In this document: piece after piece, positions 52,559 through 64,000 of the stretch
Layout: every line of letters starts with the position of its first letter
Position numbering within the stretch: position 1 is the stretch's first letter
Assembly (NCBI RefSeq): GCF_006345805.1
Contig: NC_042999.1
Location: 127,782,001 to 127,846,000, forward strand
Length of the DNA: 64,000 nucleotides
Direction: 5' to 3'
Source: Octopus sinensis
Taxonomy: Eukaryota
Position numbers and translations under genes: made by a program
The notes under the pieces: model-generated
The model's database searches: none
Seen by the model: the letters and a program-made list of their open reading frames with translations, nothing else
What the model was told of the DNA's origin: nothing

Positions 52559-54336
52559 GTAAGTACTTTATAGCTTATGTTGTTTAGCAATTATTTTTCT
52601 GTAGTTTAATAGGCATACAATGGCCGACTGAACTAATTACTGGGTCACGACTTCGTATCAGGAATGTTTTATATTTAACTGACTTATTCTCAAGTCACTG
52701 CAACTGGTTGAGTTGTTCTTCTGACAAGGCAATTAACTGGGATGCGTCAACTGACCCAGTAAGCAATCCATATGGAAAGGATAGCATTATTTCCAGTATG
52801 AGTGTGTTTCTTCCCCGTTTGAATATAAAGGTGCGTGTCTTAGTGGTTAAGGTGTTGCACTCACGACCGCAAGATCGTATATTCGAACCCCGGAGGTACG
52901 TTGTGTGTGGTCTTGTGCAAAACATTTCATTTCACGTTGCTTTGCGATCACTGACAGATCTGACGTGCCACACGGTGTATCTATACAAGCAATGTCGATT
53001 TGATGGGAAGGGATTGAGCTAGTGTACAGCACAAACATTTTGTCACTATAAACTAGTCGTCTGTGTCGGTTTTTCAGCAAAGAAATTGCGTAATCGTCTT
53101 TCTCAGACTCAACAGACTACCTATTAACCAGATACATATGATTTCAGCAGCAGTAGTAGATGTTGTTGTTGTTGAGGATTTTGTGAAGTTGGAAAGGAGC
53201 GTCCATGACACTTCTTCAGAGCCTCCGAGAAATGTGGAAGGAAAAGGAAGAGAATATCAAGACAGGAGACCTAACTTGAATGCTTGCAACCGAGTAGACT
53301 CCGCTAAAGGCATCTAAACACGGATCTCCTGGTGTTAAGTGGTGTTGAAGCAAGCGATAGATTAGCACCACCACTCTAAGACTATAACCCTGATCGAGCA
53401 AATCCATAATGGAAGGTGACCATCCAGTTCTTTTTTCAGACATGGTATATCTAACACAGAAGCCCCAACCACAGGCCCACACAGAAATAATACTTTTTAT
53501 TTCTATTTTATTGATTATTGCAGTCTGCTGGGTGCCTATGCATTATATATGCACTATGCTGTATATATAATAATTATTATACATAATAATGTATTATATA
53601 TATAATGTATTATATATGTAATAATCAAATAATGTAATGGAATCTCCCGTCGAAGAGAATGCATCAGTGTTCAGTTTTTGCTGGACAACCTGCACAAATG
53701 ATTTGTTTTAGTGATCAAAAGCATACGCTCACTCCGTATATTATGCACTCTATTGAATTTTGTCATACGTATGATCCCCTGGTCCGCAAAAAAAAAAAAA
53801 AAAAACAGTATTGCATGAAACCTGTTCGTGATGCATAAAAAAGTTGAGAACCGCTGATCTAAAACAAGATAATGTGATGTACCATTTTGATGACGGTATA
53901 ATGTGATTTGAGATTGATTTGGCTTCAATTCTTAGCAGGTCGACGTTTGCGCGTCTACGTTTTCGTGTATACTCTGTTTATCTCTGTAGAGATAGACTAT
54001 ATATACAGACTATATAGACTCGTTACATATACCTAATATGTAGACGTAACTCTAACTCTCGGCCTCGCCGAAATTTCAATTTTGAGACTGTTTCCCTGGC
54101 TAAGATTCGAAGATTTGCACCAAACAATGGCTTTAACCTCAGGAATATAAGTGGAACTAGGTGCACGCAATTGAACAGCATTAAATTAAAATAGCCATAT
54201 CATACTTAATGTATATACATCATTGACAGGTATGATGCTGTGGGGTTTATATGAAAGAAGATCTCTTTATAAATTGGGTGTGTTAAAAATACAATATATA
54301 TCGGAAATAGACAAACATCATCCCAGCAGTGATTCA

Positions 54337-54389
54337 CAGGAATGCCAGACGCGTTTCGCCCTTCTTGGGACTATCAATGACGTATCCTG
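54337..54389 (-). ncRNA. Decayed Penelope-type minimal hammerhead ribozyme motif
   Basis: GUCA-UUGAUA-GUCC caagaa GGGC-GAAA-CGCG-UC-UGGC; core differs from CUGANGA at two positions. Confidence 0.5.
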
Positions 54390-55014
54390 CTGTTACATGC
54401 CTAGACGAAACCTGTCATCTCTGATACATAGCGAACAGTGATTAATGCATTAACTGACGCATTTTGCTCTTTCTTAATTTAGGGATCGATAAATAAAATA
54501 CCAATCTTGAATGGGATTGATTCTTCTCTTTCTCTAATTCTTTCTTTCGGAGAGTCTGTCTCTTTCTCTTCTTCTGGAAGAAGTCGATTGTGATTAGATC
54601 ATGAGGGGGACAAACTCCACTAATTCTAAAATACCTAAGCCATGCCGTACGTTTCGACGACGCCCCTACGACTTCATGGAATTAAGTGCCAGTGACATAG
54701 CATAGCATAGTAGAAAATGCATTTGTCTTAAATACCGTGCAGTGAGAGCAAATCCGACGGCTGGAAACAGCAGCCAAATATCCTTCAAATCACAAATTAT
54801 CATCTTTAAAAATGGGAGAGAATGAAAGACACGTTAAACAATGTAATCCTAGATATATTTAACACGAAGAAATTAAAATGTAAAGGCGAGATGGTTACGA
54901 TTAGGATTCTGTTGATTGATTTTATCAATAATAAAGGCTGATTTCAGGCTTAAACTAAGACGCAAGCAAACAAACAGAAAATATCATAATTTATTTATCT
55001 AACTTTATTTTCAG

Positions 55015-55113
55015 AGGCGAAGTGGAAGTTTCAATGGATTTATCGCTTCATAAATCTCAACAACCGGAGTTATGGACAGAAATAGAATCGAATTTTGCCG
55101 AACTAATATCAAC
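55015..55113 (+). CDS. CNB gene exon 5 ((K)GEVEVSMDLSLHKSQQPELWTEIESNFAELIS(T))
   Basis: Acceptor tttattttcag|, donor |gtaaga, phase 2 to 2. Completes IYFILKGEVEV. Not in the ORF track. Confidence 0.88.
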
Positions 55114-55642
55114 GTAAGATATAAGTGAAGAAATAATTGCGGGATAAATTGACAATCTGATAAAGAGTGACTTAAATCTGTTTACTTGTCTGCAACTTGT
55201 TCTTATCTCACTGCTTCGGTCTCGTTATCTATCGCCTACTTTAAAGCAAGTCTACACAGGCATCCCTTAAGTCTGCTTTCAAAGTTAATGATAAATGAAT
55301 GGTCAGGCATACACAATTCACCACAAGCTAAACACAAGCAGATATACACACATGCGTACGTACGTACGTACGTACATACATGCATGCATACATAAATACA
55401 TACATACATATAGTTAACTATATGTACATCTGATATTCATACAGATAATACAGATACCAGCGACCACACATTCTCCCTCATATGCACACGCGCACACACA
55501 CAACTATATAAATCCACACATCTACACACCACATTCATGTATATATGAGTGTGTGTGTATGTAAATAGGTATGCACATAATACATGCACATATATTTATT
55601 CATATAAACATGTGTACACACACACACACACACACACACACA

Positions 55643-55711
<69 letters not shown>

Positions 55712-56038
55712 GTCTATCTATCTATCTATGCATTTAAGTATTTATACGTACACGCGTTGTTTAATGTCAAATGAGTAAGAAAGGAGTGCTCAATACTTGT
55801 TTTAGAGCATAATGTTTCGCCTGAAGATCGCAGTGCATGAAACTCAGATCATGAGCCAAACACCCAGCTTCGGTTTTAATAAAAAGTCGTGACTGTGTAG
55901 TAAGAAGCTTGGTTCTTACATGGTTCCGGGTTCAGTCCCACTGCGCGGCACCTTGTGCAAGTGTCTTCTACTATAGCCTTGGGTTGACCAAACCCTTGTG
56001 AGTGGATTTGGTAGACGGAAATTGAAAGAAGCCCGTCT

Positions 56039-56069
<31 letters not shown>

Positions 56070-56167
56070 AACAGTTTGTGAAGTAGTTTTCGACGTTAGT
56101 AAAATCGTGTGTGCGTGTGTGCGCACATATGTGTATGTACGTGTGTGTGCGCGCGCGCGAGTGTGTA

Positions 56168-56950
56168 TACAGCGGTTGCACAAAATGGAAACACCTTGCT
56201 AACTTATTTACTATGGAGTTGGGTCACCTACAGCATCAACCACAGTTTTTGATATGTCGAGGAATTGACTCGAAGAAGTTCTGAAGTATTGTTGGGTGAA
56301 TATTGAGCCTTTCTTTAACTAAAATCTGTTTTAGATCTTTCTGCGACGATAGCGGAAGGGAGCGTCTCTTCACTTGCTGCTCCAAAATGCACCATAAATG
56401 TTTGATTATATTGAGATCCAGTGATTGTGAAGACCAACCTAAGTGGTCTACTTCACTTTTTATATTTTTCATACCAGTTTTAAATAACATTAGTCATGCG
56501 ACTTGGAGCAGTATTGTTCAGGAAGATTGCGCTATAATCAGGGAACAGTATTTGTGCTATAGGATGGACATAATCATCCAAAATATTTAGATAATACTTG
56601 GCGTTAACTGTGCCATGTAGAATAAATAAAGAGGTAAGAGAATTCCGTGATATAGCTGGCCAAATTATCACAGAGCCACCACTATGCTTCATGGTAAGAG
56701 TCAAGCAGTCAGGATTCAGGGCTTCTTTGACCTGTCTCTATACATAAAGTTGCTCTAAAATGAGAAAAAAGGCGAATGACATTCATCAGTGATGACATTG
56801 TTGCATAGAGTCACTGATTACTTCCGATAGTCTAGACACTATTTTTTTGCCCCTTAACGATGTTGATGGGGGACAGCAGAGATTTTTAACAGTTGCAACC
56901 CCTCATGGTATCTAGTTTCAAGGACTCACGATGACCGGTAGTAGTTTCAT
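56168..56950 (-). pseudogene. Tc1-like transposase remnant with 3' TIR
   Basis: MKHSGGSVIIW, LGWSSQSLDLNIIKHLW (WPxQSPDLNPIExLW-like); end GGTGTTTCCATTTTGTGCAACCGCTGTA. Confidence 0.85.
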
Positions 56951-57761
56951 TTGAGGTGGGAAATATCAGAGCGTGAAATTATTAAAAATAAAATCATGGA
57001 AGTGGTATAGACTTAGGAAGTGGAATAGACTCAGAGGAATATGGTGTGTGTGTGTATGTGTGCGAGGGAATGTGCGTGCGTGTGTGCACGCGCGCGTAGT
57101 AATGGATGGATTTTCGGTAACTGTAGTTAATATATAGGCAGTAATAGATGCACGTAGCTTAATAATTAGGTTGTTGCTCTCATGTTCGTAAGATTGTGGT
57201 TTCGATTCCTGGACCGGGCTATGTTTTTGATCAAAACTTTTCATTTCACATTGCTCCAGTCCACTCTGCGACGGACTGGTGTCCCGTCCAGGTGGAGAAG
57301 ATATACACCTCAGTATCTGGGAAACTGGCCTTATGAGCTCGGGAAGGACCTTTGATCCTTTCTATTTTTTCTTGAGCTTTGATGCAGGTAGTGTTTTATA
57401 TTAGCTTGTATGGGTGTATGTAGGAGTGTGGTGGCGGATTGAAGATATATGAAGTTGTTCAAACAAAAGTCAGTCAAATAAAAGCTGAGTGTTAGTTTTT
57501 CAAGTGGTTCCTATTCTGTCAGTTTGCGTGATGATTAAAATTGTGAGTTTAACTGAATTAATGAAAGAGTGTGAAATATATTGTTATGAGTTGGTAGTGT
57601 GTACTATTAATAGATTTCTAAACTATTTTTATTTGCTACTTATATTTTTCCTCTTCAATATTTATAAACTCAGTATGACGTCATTTCAACATATGGCGAT
57701 CTTTTTATAAAATAGTGTTCAAGGTTGCTTTACCATAAGGTTTCGGTAGCACCGTGCACAC

Positions 57762-57805
<44 letters not shown>

Positions 57806-58002
57806 AATACAAACATGCTCACATGTTTGTATGAATGTATGTGATTGTGTGTGCGCGCGTTTCCTGGTTTTATTTTTTTTATTCCTTAGCAATGGAGAAA
57901 AACTGTTTCTAGCCTAGAAACAGAATTTTTTCATTGAATTTAGATATCAACTGATTAGTCACATATGTTGCGTGAATATAAGTATGTAAGTACATATACA
58001 TA

Positions 58003-58167
58003 AACGGCCGGTTCAAGGTACCGGCAATCGAGCAGTCGCCCGGGGCACCATGGGCTAGGTGGCGCCAAGGAGGGTGTGACAAAAACAAAGACATTTCCAA
58101 GACCGTCAGCCTGTACACTCCGAAGTACAGCTTGCCCGGAGCGCCAGCAACCCTAGGTCCGGCCGTG
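58003..58167. mobile_element. GC-rich hAT-type MITE, inverted copy of 60154-60313
   Basis: Ends (A)ACGGCCGG / CCGGCCGTG; body aligns to the reverse complement of 60154-60313. Confidence 0.75.
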
Positions 58168-58459
58168 CATATATACATACAAAGATACACATATCTGTAT
58201 GCACGTATGTATGTATGTATGTATGTATGTATGTATGTATGTATGTATGTATGTATGTATGTATGTATGTATGTATGTATTTATGTATGTATGTCTTTGT
58301 CTTTTTAATTTCGAGTAAATTTTGACCGGTCACCTACTTGGTAGTAAGGTTGTGAAAGAAAGTATCTTGTTTTAACCATCGTCCTTTAAATCTTAAGAAG
58401 GTCTTTGCAGATTTTTATAGTGCCAGATATCGTGATCATCTGTAGTATATAAATTAAGG

Positions 58460-58650
58460 ATCTGATTCGCTACCCCAAATTCCAAGTCCAGTCATACTTT
58501 GCCCTAGATGGGTTGCTATGTATCCCGTTGTCCCAATAATAAAAGGTATGAAGATGAAAGTGTATCTTGGGTATTGGATTGGCAAACTCCGCAATGGTCC
58601 ATAGATATTTTCTTTCTCGTGTATTTTTCTAACCACATTCGCGTCCAGAC
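58460..58650 (-). pseudogene. Restriction-like endonuclease C-terminus of an RLE-type non-LTR retrotransposon
   Basis: LDANVVRKIHEKENIYGPL...YPRYTFIFIPFIIGTTG resembles the D.N...K..EK..KY..L...P...G..G pattern. Confidence 0.55.
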
Positions 58651-60153
58651 ATGTATGTATGTATGTATGTATGTATGTATGTATGTATGTATGTATGCAT
58701 GCATGCATGTATGTATGTATGTATGTATGTATGCATGCATGCATGTATGTATGTATGAATGCATGCATGCATGTATGCATGTATGTATGTATGTGAGCGT
58801 GTTTTAAGTGTATACATGAGTACATCGATTTATGTACTTACGCATATATGTAAGTGGTTGTATGTATGACTAGATCTATGGATTTAAGTATGAATACATA
58901 AATGGATGTTATTGCAGCAGAAGAAACAGAGAGGGGAGATAGTATGTTCATGAGCAAGAAGTTTTATGCATTACTGTGTGATATTTTGCCTATCAGTATT
59001 ATTGCTTTGTCTTGGATATCATCTGATTTGTTTGCTTATGTAGCAGTAGTATCACCCCAGATAAGTAGGCAATTCTCCAATAAAGATCATCGACATAGAT
59101 GCAGAGGAGGTCACTGACATACGAACAGCATTCCAATGGGGCCACGGATATGAGAGGAGTACCGCAGTGGAAGTCATAGATATGAAAGTGAGACTCCTAT
59201 AGTGAAGGCGCATTGTCTAGTTGTTAGGGTGTTACATTCACGATTGTGAGATAGTGGGTTCGATTCCTGGACCGCGCGGTGCATTGTGCTTTTGAGCAAA
59301 GCACCTCATTTCCCGTTGCTCTACGACCACTTCGACATCTGACGTATGGCAAACCCGCACCTTCACAGGTAATGTTGATTTGATACGAGGCAGTGAATAA
59401 ATGTACAGCACAAACATTTTATCACTACAAACATTATCTGTGCAGGTTGTTCAGCAAGAAATTACAAAACCCACATCTGTGTCTACGACAGTCATCATAA
59501 ATATCTAGAAGTGAATATTGTTAGAAATGACACTGAGTAGATCGTTAATGTACAGAAGAAAGTGTGTGGGCAACACAATTGATCCTTCAGGAACACCAAA
59601 GTGGAAAAAGAACACGTGATCAGCGCACACTCCAATGGTTCAGTCTAATAGTAAACTTCTGGCCCTTCGACTTCAATTTAACAAATATATTCTTATAACA
59701 GATGCATTCAAATGCATTGCTGTTATCAAGAACAATGGCATTTGTTTTCGCCGAAATTTCCAAGGCAGACGGTCTCCTCGTGAGTTGCATATTAGAGAAC
59801 TTCCTAGTATTTATGGTTCTTCAAAAACCTATAAAGTAGAACACTATAAATTTATCATAGATAATCTACGTTATATGAGTACCGATTCCAATTTTATTTT
59901 CTTTCAGATCAACTGTATAGTTGTTTATATTTTCATCAGGAGTATTGTAAAAGTTGTATTTTTGGTTATGATGTTTAGTGTTACTGCGATTGGCCACCAG
60001 GGTGGTGCACAACCGCTATGGTTTTGTCGTCGTCCATTCATTACAAATAGCTGGTAGACGGATGAAAGTTTAACATTCCTCTCATGTTTCTAGGAGAATT
60101 TTCATTTAGATAATATTTCTTAAATGTAACATGGTCATTGAATAATGTAAAAC

Positions 60154-60313
60154 CAGGACCGGCCCTAGGGTTGCTAGCGCCCCGGACAAGCTGAACTTCG
60201 GCGTGTACAAGCTGACGCTCGTGGAAATTTCCTTGTCTTTGGCGCCTTGGCGCCCCCTCACTCATGACACCTCGGCCGACTGCCCGAATTGTCGATACCA
60301 TGAGCCGGCCCTG
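60154..60313. mobile_element. GC-rich hAT-type MITE with 8-bp target-site duplication
   Basis: TIRs CAGGACCGGC / GCCGGCCCTG; flanks TGTAAAAC and TGTAAGAC (7/8). Confidence 0.85.
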
Positions 60314-61195
60314 TGTAAGACATATATCAGGCGTAGGTAATGCAAGGAGGTAATGCAAGGTTAAATGAGATGATACGACATCTCCTCATAACTGTCGACG
60401 TACCGTAAGCAATTTTTCATACGTTTGCGCTAACACACTGATATTCTGGCTTGTTTTCAACATTCTGTTATTAATAATAATTATTGTACCTAGCGGACTT
60501 AAGCTTATCCTGCACCTTAGCATACAACATTCGGCAAGCCCGGGTTCCTCGCATGTCTAACGGACCAATTCTCATCTATGGTTGTGATTTGATACTATAG
60601 GCCCCAGTCAGTGGCGGCTCGTATATAGGCACTGAGGAACTACAGCACCCTTTATTTCCACTCGATATTATCGATAACATTCAATATAATGAGTCCTTTT
60701 ATCGTTAATTCTTTCTTTATACTTGTACTCTATATAATCCTTAAGCTTAATGTCAGTAACCATCCCCTAGTTTATGAAAAAAATACGAAAATCATTGTAT
60801 AGAGCTGTGCGCCTCACAGTTCCAGCAACGCGGTGTTTGGCTGTTGTACGCATGCTCACATGTCCGAAATAGGAAGCTTCACGCTAGGGAGAAAGATCAC
60901 TGTGGTTCACGCAGTGCCGACCCAGGTTTGCTGGTGAAAGGTAGTGCTTCTTTTTGACTCCACGTATGTTGTGCTTAAAAACGTGTTTATATTCTTGAAT
61001 ATAATAAAGTGTAGCATTAGATTATTATCCTGCTTCCAGCTTTAGTGTTGCTGCCAGGATTTGAAAAATAGGGTGCATTCCCCTCCCCTGTGATATATGA
61101 AGGATTTTTGAAATGCAGGGGGAAATTCGCGGCAGTGTTCAGTGAACAAATTAAACACACTAGCCGGCAGTAGCTAAAACGCGAACCGATTAAGT

Positions 61196-61226
<31 letters not shown>

Positions 61227-61419
61227 TTAGGTAGATAGATAGATAAAGAAGATTCGTAGGATCAGATCATTTTATATGTTTGTTTCCTTTTACACAATAT
61301 CAAAACAACGGCTAAAAATTTTCTGAAGCAGCACTCCAACTAATTTTATCTACGAACCGTGCGCGCGCGCGTGTTTGAGTGCGTGCGCTCACCTAATTGT
61401 ATCTACATTATATCTTCAG

Positions 61420-61511
61420 AAACAGACCAAATGGTAAGACAACCCACCACGACAGACAGCGACGTTCGAGAGTGCAGAAAATATCACTTCTTAGTTCCAA
61501 CGAACACATTG
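61420..61511 (+). CDS. CNB gene exon 6 (NRPNGKTTHHDRQRRSRVQKISLLSSNEHI(G))
   Basis: Branch-like CTAAT at 61393-61397, acceptor tatcttcag|, donor |gtgaga. Phase 2 to 1 is exactly what is needed to join exons 5 and 7. Confidence 0.8.
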
Positions 61512-62790
61512 GTGAGATCTTCGAAATTGTTGTGTCTATAATTATGTATGAAAAACGCAATGGTTCCCCAGCAGGGCTGCAGTCCAACAACTGAAATAAG
61601 TAAAAGAAGAAAAAATAATAAAAATCCATTTATATTTATTTGCTGGTTCCCAGCCACTGAAGTTTGGTCATGTTGGAGCACAGCTATTTATGTTGTTGCA
61701 GCCTTTCCATTGCCCTTGGTATTTAGTGAATGAAAGAATTTCATACCACTAACCTCATCTGACACTAACCTCATTTGTGTTATGTAAATCTTACATTTTA
61801 GCTTGCCAAAGACTAGTTTGAATGTGTTGATAGCTACTCAATACAAATTCTTTTCCTTTTTTTTTTCTTTCTGAGAGCTGATATTAAAGAGTTGTGCTCC
61901 TTCTAACCGAAGACCATTTTGTTTCAACCCGAAGAGGAGAGTGTGGGTAAAATAATTATGACATGACTCAGTAAACAAGGAGAGTAAATGTATCTGTTTC
62001 TATAGCGATGCCATCAGAATCTTTGATATGCATAAGCTGCTTTAGTTTTGTTACTATCTTCACCGAAAACAAGCATCGTTAAGTTTAAAGTTGACAAATT
62101 TAGCTTATATTACTTCTTTATTCTCTGAAGCTAATATATAAAAAATACATGTATGGGATAATTAAAACAAGTATAGTGGATATTTTATGGATCAAACTGT
62201 TTGTTTTAGTCTCCAGCTTGAGCCTGATTTTGTATACCAGGTGTATGTAGTTTATATCTAGTTCGGAAATGCAATACTCTGAATTCATGCTTACACTTGA
62301 ATCAGTTTGCATTTCATTCTCTAGAACTTATAAAATAAATATTTGAAGGGTAATTTTCTATTTGACGTTCGTAAAATCATAGTGATCCAAAAAGTTTATT
62401 TCAATATAACATTTCATAAATATGAGTTATATACTCTGCGAACAGTGAACAAAAAGGGAGGAAAATTTGACTTATTTTAGATAGAGTTTCGCCCTGGGCA
62501 CAGGTGAACATTCTTCGACAATCTACGGTGGGCACACCAAGCAATAAAACCTGCTGAATCTGACAAAGATTGAGCCAGTATCATAATCGTACGCTTTCCA
62601 TTAATCATCGGTTGATCTGTAAGTATTTCGTTGGGATTCGCAATGAAACGAGGAGCAGCAGGGCGTCCACAAGATATGCTAATCGAGTTGAAGTGAAATT
62701 GAAACGAAAACAAATTCGATTTTACGAACGTCAAATAGGAAATTACGAAGTTCAAGATATCACAATCAGTTTAATTCACCCATAAATCTC

Positions 62791-62869
<79 letters not shown>

Positions 62870-62991
62870 ACACAAATGGGTTTTCTTGTACGTTTTAAAT
62901 AATTTCTAATGGTTAAGTAGTTTCTTTACGCTAGTGTGTAATGTATCATTATATTTTATTTTACACTTTTCTATCTCTCCCACTTATATAG

Positions 62992-63470
62992 GTTCCCTGG
63001 AAATAGTACAGGACATCAGTAAACATCTGGACACAACAACAGTAGCTGGCGAAGTAGAATTACTCGTTCTAGACCGCAAACATTATGAACGGCTTCTGGT
63101 AAAAAAACATCCCCAGTCAGTTGAAAGTCTCAAAAAAGAACTGACTATACGCCAGCTTCTCGTATTAAGCCGCTTATATCATCCAACAGAAACAACAGTG
63201 ATGAAATATGTCACCATGAAGTTGTTAAATGGAGATATGTCGTCCAAACTTACACATCAATACCACCGCCAGCGCCGCAGACATCCTATGATCAACAGAT
63301 ACAACGAAAGTGAGATTTCTCGAAAAGTTAGGACACGACTGCATATGAATTCGAAAAACACCGCGACAATTATTCCAGGGGAAAATTCAAAGAAAATGTT
63401 TCTAAACCAATTAGAATATGAACTGCAACTACTGATGATTCATTTGAGAAAAAATGGAAATATCCATTAA
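62992..63470 (+). CDS. CNB gene last coding exon: end of degenerate CNB-B plus basic C-terminal tail
   Basis: Acceptor ctctcccacttatatag|, phase 1. Reads GSLEIVQD...ELLVLDRKHYERLL (CNB beta8/hinge helix) and stays open to TAA at 63468-63470. Confidence 0.85.
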
Positions 63471-63510
63471 TTTCATTTGTTTTGAAGAGGAAGAAACTCG
63501 AGAATTATTA

Positions 63511-63956
63511 AATAAAATTTCTTTGCATTCATAAGAACATGACATCATTGCATACAGAGAGAAGAGCAAACTAAACTAATTATTATTAAACAATAAAGAA
63601 TATTAAACTATAAAGAATTAGTTTAGTTTGCTCTTCTCTGTGTATGCAATGACATCATGTTCTTACGAAGCAGCTAAGTTTTATCTATAAATTCTCGATC
63701 TTACTGTTCTTGAAAGTTCGTTCGGAAGTTCCATGAAGAACGAATAACTACAGAAAGATTTATGATTCTTTCCCGAAGTATTGTTACAAATGTCCTGTTG
63801 AATAACATTATTCTAATGAAGTTTAAATGACGGAGAGTATGTTGAGATGTTGAGACTTTCAACCTTTGGCAATAATTTAAATTAGTAGTATCACTTTCAG
63901 ATAGATTGTACAGAAGTGAAATTGGATGGATGTTAAGTATTCTAAAAGTTAATAAA
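63511..63956 (+). terminator. Candidate polyadenylation signals AATAAA at 63511, 63592 and 63951
   Basis: Hexamers seen downstream of the stop codon. The sequence is AT-rich, so chance matches are possible. Confidence 0.35.
63528..63669 (+). repeat. Hairpin in the putative 3'UTR: 54-bp arms, 4 mismatches, 34-nt loop
   Basis: 63528-63581 is the reverse complement of 63616-63669 apart from 4 positions. Confidence 0.92.
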
Positions 63957-64000
63957 AATGAACAAAAAAAAATCTTTTTTATTAAGTAATTCCGGAAGAA

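Noticed and set aside
59991-60008. TGGCCACCAGGGTGGTGC, CTCF-like
   Set aside because: Needs a 1-nt gap and a mismatch in the GGC core, so it is weaker than the intron 2 sites.
59635-60057. 140-aa + strand ORF in intron 5
   Set aside because: No recognisable domain, no splice sites fitting the gene, and a composition typical of AT-rich non-coding or decayed transposon DNA.

Overview
AT-rich, intron-dominated eukaryotic genomic DNA with no prokaryotic features. The repeat content (tRNA-derived SINEs, RTE and Penelope retroelements, mariner/Tc1/hAT relics, long TACA/TATC/TA/CA microsatellites) resembles a coleoid cephalopod, most likely Octopus; this is inferred from recalled repeat families, not from a search. 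The main feature is one + strand gene that the ORF track only shows in fragments. Seven GT-AG exons (7705-7837, 22948-23035, 43415-43554, 52252-52558, 55015-55113, 61420-61511, 62992-63470) join with matching phase at all six introns into a 1338-nt CDS (445 aa). The product is a stand-alone tandem cyclic-nucleotide-binding (CNB) domain protein, CNBD2/CRIS-like, with a PKG-like first pocket and a degenerate second pocket. The locus also carries many long palindromes and foldback elements (upstream, intronic and in the 3'UTR), decayed Penelope-type hammerhead motifs, a duplicated intronic unit with CTCF-consensus sites, a near-complete antisense RTE LINE and a hAT transposase fossil. Most short ORFs in the track are microsatellite artefacts. 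All coordinates and translations were worked out by hand; repeat boundaries are approximate.
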